A stretch of 64,000 nt of DNA, from assembly GCA_965219915.1 (NCBI GenBank), contig OZ244794.1, positions 708,322 to 772,321 of the forward strand, read 5' to 3'. Made by a program: the position numbers and the translations under genes. Below the pieces are notes generated by a model. The model had not been told where the DNA came from, did not search any database, and saw nothing but the letters and a program-made list of their open reading frames with translations. Below, piece by piece: positions 59,785 to 64,000 of the stretch (positions are counted from its first letter, which is position 1; each line of letters starts with the position of its first letter). The DNA comes from Rhodothermales bacterium (GTDB taxonomy: Bacteria > Bacteroidota > Rhodothermia > Rhodothermales > Bin80).

Positions 59785-60222
59785 ATGGCAGCCAGAACAC
59801 TGGCTATGAAATTAGGTCTGAAAGCAGGCATGCGTGCGTATGCGGTCAATGCACCATCACACTATCACGAACTGATTTCTGACGCTCCCGTGTTCCCAAA
59901 GGCGGAGGCGATCGATGAGGCAGATTTCGTGCATATATTCAGCGATCGTCAGGGACACTTATTGATAATGCTCGAGGCTGCGATACCAACGTTGGCATCC
60001 TCCGGTATGCTGTGGATCTCCTGGCCCAAGAAGACATCAGGCGTACGGACGGACTTATCAATGGGCACGGTTCAGAAGATCGGATTGTTTATGGGGCTGG
60101 TAGATGTAAAGATTTGCTCGGTTGATGAGGTCTGGTCGGGATTGAAGTTTGTTTATCGGGTGCGTGATCGTGGAAAAACGCCTAAGGCTACCGGGATGGG
60201 ATCCCATTCCCGGACTCCGTAG
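59785..60222 (+). CDS. DUF3052-like small protein
   Basis: MAARTLAMKLGLKAGMRAYAVNAP...MLWISWPKK resembles DUF3052 family members. The track alternative start is TTG 59758. Confidence 0.45.
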   Translation: MAARTLAMKLGLKAGMRAYAVNAPSHYHELISDAPVFPKAEAIDEADFVHIFSDRQGHLLIMLEAAIPTLASSGMLWISWPKKTSGVRTDLSMGTVQKIGLFMGLVDVKICSVDEVWSGLKFVYRVRDRGKTPKATGMGSHSRTP

Positions 60223-61100
60223 TCTGCGTTTCGAACGTACAGTTGCGAGGAGGCTCCGCCATCAAGTGCGATCGCGTTTCTGGCTCCGAGGCCGCGTAAG
60301 AGCACGGTCAGCTGCGGGATAGTGAGACCAACTAATTCGGCATTGGATGCGACCAAGAGGAGGTCACCCTTTGATGTGAGCGCAGCAGCGGAGCGTCGAG
60401 CGACGTTATTCATGTTTTTTGCGGTATCACTTGTTACTTCACCGTCTATCAACAGCAGAGGGAAGGATTGAATGGCGTTTTCTGCTTCGAGGGTGCGTGT
60501 GGGGCCGATATGGGCTCCCTCATTCCACAGGAGCAGGTATCCGTGCGTCCGGTTAGGCGCACGGATTTCTTTTCCATTTTTCAGCACCAAACCTCGTGCA
60601 CCTTTCTCATCGAAAAACCCGGCGTTGATGGCGGCGATAGCTCCGGTATTCTGAGCCATGGCTTCTGCAAAATCTCGCTTTACAGCTAGGGAATCGTTCG
60701 TGAGAACACGCACATCCGCCTTGGTCAGGTCTACCTTTGTCACAACGAGCGAAAAACTCGTACCATGCTCGTGTCGAATCGGTACCGAGCCGATCTGTAT
60801 TCCCGAACTGACCCGACTATAGGATACCTGCGATTCCAGTGATCCTTCCCAGAGGCTATCACTCAGCGCCTCTTCATGGAGTGGATCCCAGCGCTCACCA
60901 TGCACAACCCCAAGCCTTCCCAGGTTTTGGTGGTGGGAGTCCATAACTGCTTCAGCGACGAATTCAGCGAGTTCTCGTGCCCACGGTGTTTGAAGAAGGA
61001 AGCGGTGGAACGGGTCTGATTGCCATAAGAGGGCCCCCAGCAGCAGTAGCCCAACTGTAGCTAGAAAAATCCGCCAAAGAGTGTTGACTACGTAATACAT
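60153..61100 (-). CDS. Phosphodiester glycosidase (DUF2233/NAGPA-like) family protein, N-terminal membrane anchor
   Basis: AINAGFFDEKG... and NAIALDGGASSQLY blocks. The start chosen at MYYVVNTLWRIFLATVGLLLLGALLW gives a TM anchor. The track start at 61253 adds an Arg/Gly-rich leader. Confidence 0.7.
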   Translation of the reverse strand: MYYVVNTLWRIFLATVGLLLLGALLWQSDPFHRFLLQTPWARELAEFVAEAVMDSHHQNLGRLGVVHGERWDPLHEEALSDSLWEGSLESQVSYSRVSSGIQIGSVPIRHEHGTSFSLVVTKVDLTKADVRVLTNDSLAVKRDFAEAMAQNTGAIAAINAGFFDEKGARGLVLKNGKEIRAPNRTHGYLLLWNEGAHIGPTRTLEAENAIQSFPLLLIDGEVTSDTAKNMNNVARRSAAALTSKGDLLLVASNAELVGLTIPQLTVLLRGLGARNAIALDGGASSQLYVRNADYGVREWDPIPVALGVFPRSRTR

Positions 61101-61750
61101 CTGCGAATCGAACCATACACATAGAATTGGTTCCCCGTTAGTGGCGCCGCGCGGGTATTCGGATTGCCCTGATCTGTGGGGCCTCAGCCAAGGCCGCCCC
61201 GTCTGGATCATACCAGGAATGGCCACGCCGCTGCGCAAGCGCCCACCCAGCACTCTCGGTCAGTTCTATTTCGTAGAGTACATGTTCAAGGGTTAAAGAT
61301 TCGAGTGCATTAGCAGCCCGGGAGGGCGGACGTTGGCCGTTTTTTGGTCCAGATTGAGTGCGGGATTGAGTAGCAGTTTGCATGTGATTGGATGAAAGAA
61401 ACAGCAACCCAATTTTATGCAAGATTGATGAGATATATGCATTTTAAGCCAACAAATTGCAAACAAGAATTACCCCTTTATTCCCCACAATTTCCCCATA
61501 GCTAAAGAAGTCCTAGAATCGGTGAATTTGGCGGTTGTGCACGAACATCAGCGCTGCAAAATGACTTCAGCGGTTAGTTAACTGGGTACAGTTTGCGCCA
61601 ACTAATGCCGCTGGGCAGGCTTTCTTCCATACTTGATATGAGCGCGTCGGGAATTGTGCTTTTCGCGATACAAACAAAATGATTCTTCCACCGTACCTAT
61701 CCGCCAGCGCTCCGAAGGATAACAAAATGAACTAGAAAGAACGAGAATCA

Positions 61751-62107
61751 ATGTGGGTGGATATCACGGTTGACGATGCGGAAACACTTCGCGATTTTTA
61801 TGCTGCGGTAATTGGATGGGAATCCGAGCCCGTCGCAATGGGCGGATACGACGACTATGCCATGGGCATAGACGGTGAAGCGCAAGCCGGAATTTGTCAT
61901 GCTCGTGGCGTTAATGCCAAGCTGCCCCCGGTCTGGCTCCCTTATTTTCGTGTAGAATCCATAGAAGAGAGTATTCAACACTGTCTGGATCGGGGCGGAG
62001 AGTTGATCTCACCGGCAAAAACGTTTGGTCCCGGCCAAAGTTATGCCGTTATTCGCGATCCTTCTGGGGCTGCCTGCGCCATTTGGAGCGCTGTTGATTC
62101 ACAGTGA
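61751..62107 (+). CDS. VOC (glyoxalase/bleomycin-resistance) family protein
   Basis: 118 aa. WVDITVDDAETLRDFYAAVIGWE and a C-terminal ..AVIRDPSGAACAIW match the VOC beta-alpha-beta-beta-beta pattern. Confidence 0.7.
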   Translation: MWVDITVDDAETLRDFYAAVIGWESEPVAMGGYDDYAMGIDGEAQAGICHARGVNAKLPPVWLPYFRVESIEESIQHCLDRGGELISPAKTFGPGQSYAVIRDPSGAACAIWSAVDSQ

Positions 62108-62206
62108 ATTTTACAGTATCCTGTTGACTGGCTGCTGGGTTGCAGCATGGGGTCAATCGGCCCGGTTGGATACATATAACTAACTCGCAAAACCACTCAT
62201 TTCAAG

Positions 62207-62614
62207 ATGCATATGCCCGAAAACTGGATCGCATTCGTGATAGCAATTTTTCTCCCGATGATCATAGGATCGTTATGGTATGGTCCACTATTTGGTAAAA
62301 TGTGGATGCGGATGATGAATCTGACCGAGGAAAAGATCAAAGAGACCCTCAATCCGGCCAAGTCTTACGGAGGGTCAATGGTAGGCTCAGTATTGACGGC
62401 ATACGTCTTATCAATGCTTGTTACGCTCATGGATATGGGCACTTTTACGGGCGGTCTGACGGTTGGCTTTGCGGCTTGGGTGGGTTTTTCGCTCCCTCTA
62501 GGCTGGCAGAGTGTAGCATGGGAGGATAAAAGTATGGGGGTTTTTGTGCTGAATCAGGCGCAAAACCTGATTGTTTTTCTGGCCATGGCCGGGCTTCTGG
62601 GAGCTTGGCGTTAG
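62207..62614 (+). CDS. DUF1761-family membrane protein
   Basis: 135 aa. NWIAFVIAIFLPMIIGSLWYGPLFGKMWM is the typical DUF1761 N-terminus. Confidence 0.6.
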   Translation: MHMPENWIAFVIAIFLPMIIGSLWYGPLFGKMWMRMMNLTEEKIKETLNPAKSYGGSMVGSVLTAYVLSMLVTLMDMGTFTGGLTVGFAAWVGFSLPLGWQSVAWEDKSMGVFVLNQAQNLIVFLAMAGLLGAWR

Positions 62615-62635
62615 TATTCTTAGTGCCTGGTGTAG

Positions 62636-64000
<1,365 letters not shown>

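Noticed and set aside
61138-61422. 94-aa (or 82-aa from ATG 61383) minus-strand ORF upstream of the phosphodiester glycosidase.
   Set aside because: It matches no recognisable family and has a Gln/Arg/Ala-rich composition. It overlaps the long version of the downstream ORF. It could be a real small gene, but I cannot support that.

Overview
This 64-kb chromosomal window is most likely from a Bacteroidota-type lineage, possibly Rhodothermota or Balneolota. The evidence for that is several secreted proteins ending in T9SS (Por) C-terminal sorting domains, a short 279-aa RpoD-type primary sigma factor, and a CarboxypepD_reg-type TonB-dependent receptor. The lineage call is inference only.

Most of the window is ordinary, densely packed core genome:
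- Information processing and repair: fur-family regulator (partial), uppP, der, holA, tRNA-Val(CAC), rpoD, rpoZ, uvrA, recG, ligA (partial).
- Transport: a TolC/MFP/ABC-ATPase efflux operon and an MsbA-like exporter.
- Metabolism: an isolated nuoI, fused IcmF, lhgO, two Cys-type sulfatases plus an FGE maturase, peptidases and hydrolases.

I saw no rRNA and no CRISPR array.

Two patches look accessory.

(1) 25.6-32.8 kb. The 3' tail of uvrA is present three times: an intact copy, a diverged ~385-bp relic, and a ~30-bp relic. These copies bound two tandem inserts.
- The first insert carries a solitary 614-aa DUF262/DUF1524-like (GmrSD-type) nuclease gene.
- The second insert carries a decayed reverse-transcriptase fragment, a decayed ISAzo13-family transposase and a TonB-dependent receptor.
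- No integrase is visible in either insert.

(2) 8.0-10.6 kb, between ecsC and der.
- It holds an antitoxin/Doc (Fic-family) pair whose toxin start is broken by an apparent 1-nt frameshift.
- It also holds an orphan PD-(D/E)xK-like nuclease gene.
- A ~110-bp degenerate direct repeat sits upstream of each of the two minus-strand cassettes.

I found no convincing multi-gene novel system. The uvrA-tail integration hotspot and the repeat-flanked cassettes are the most unusual structures in the window.
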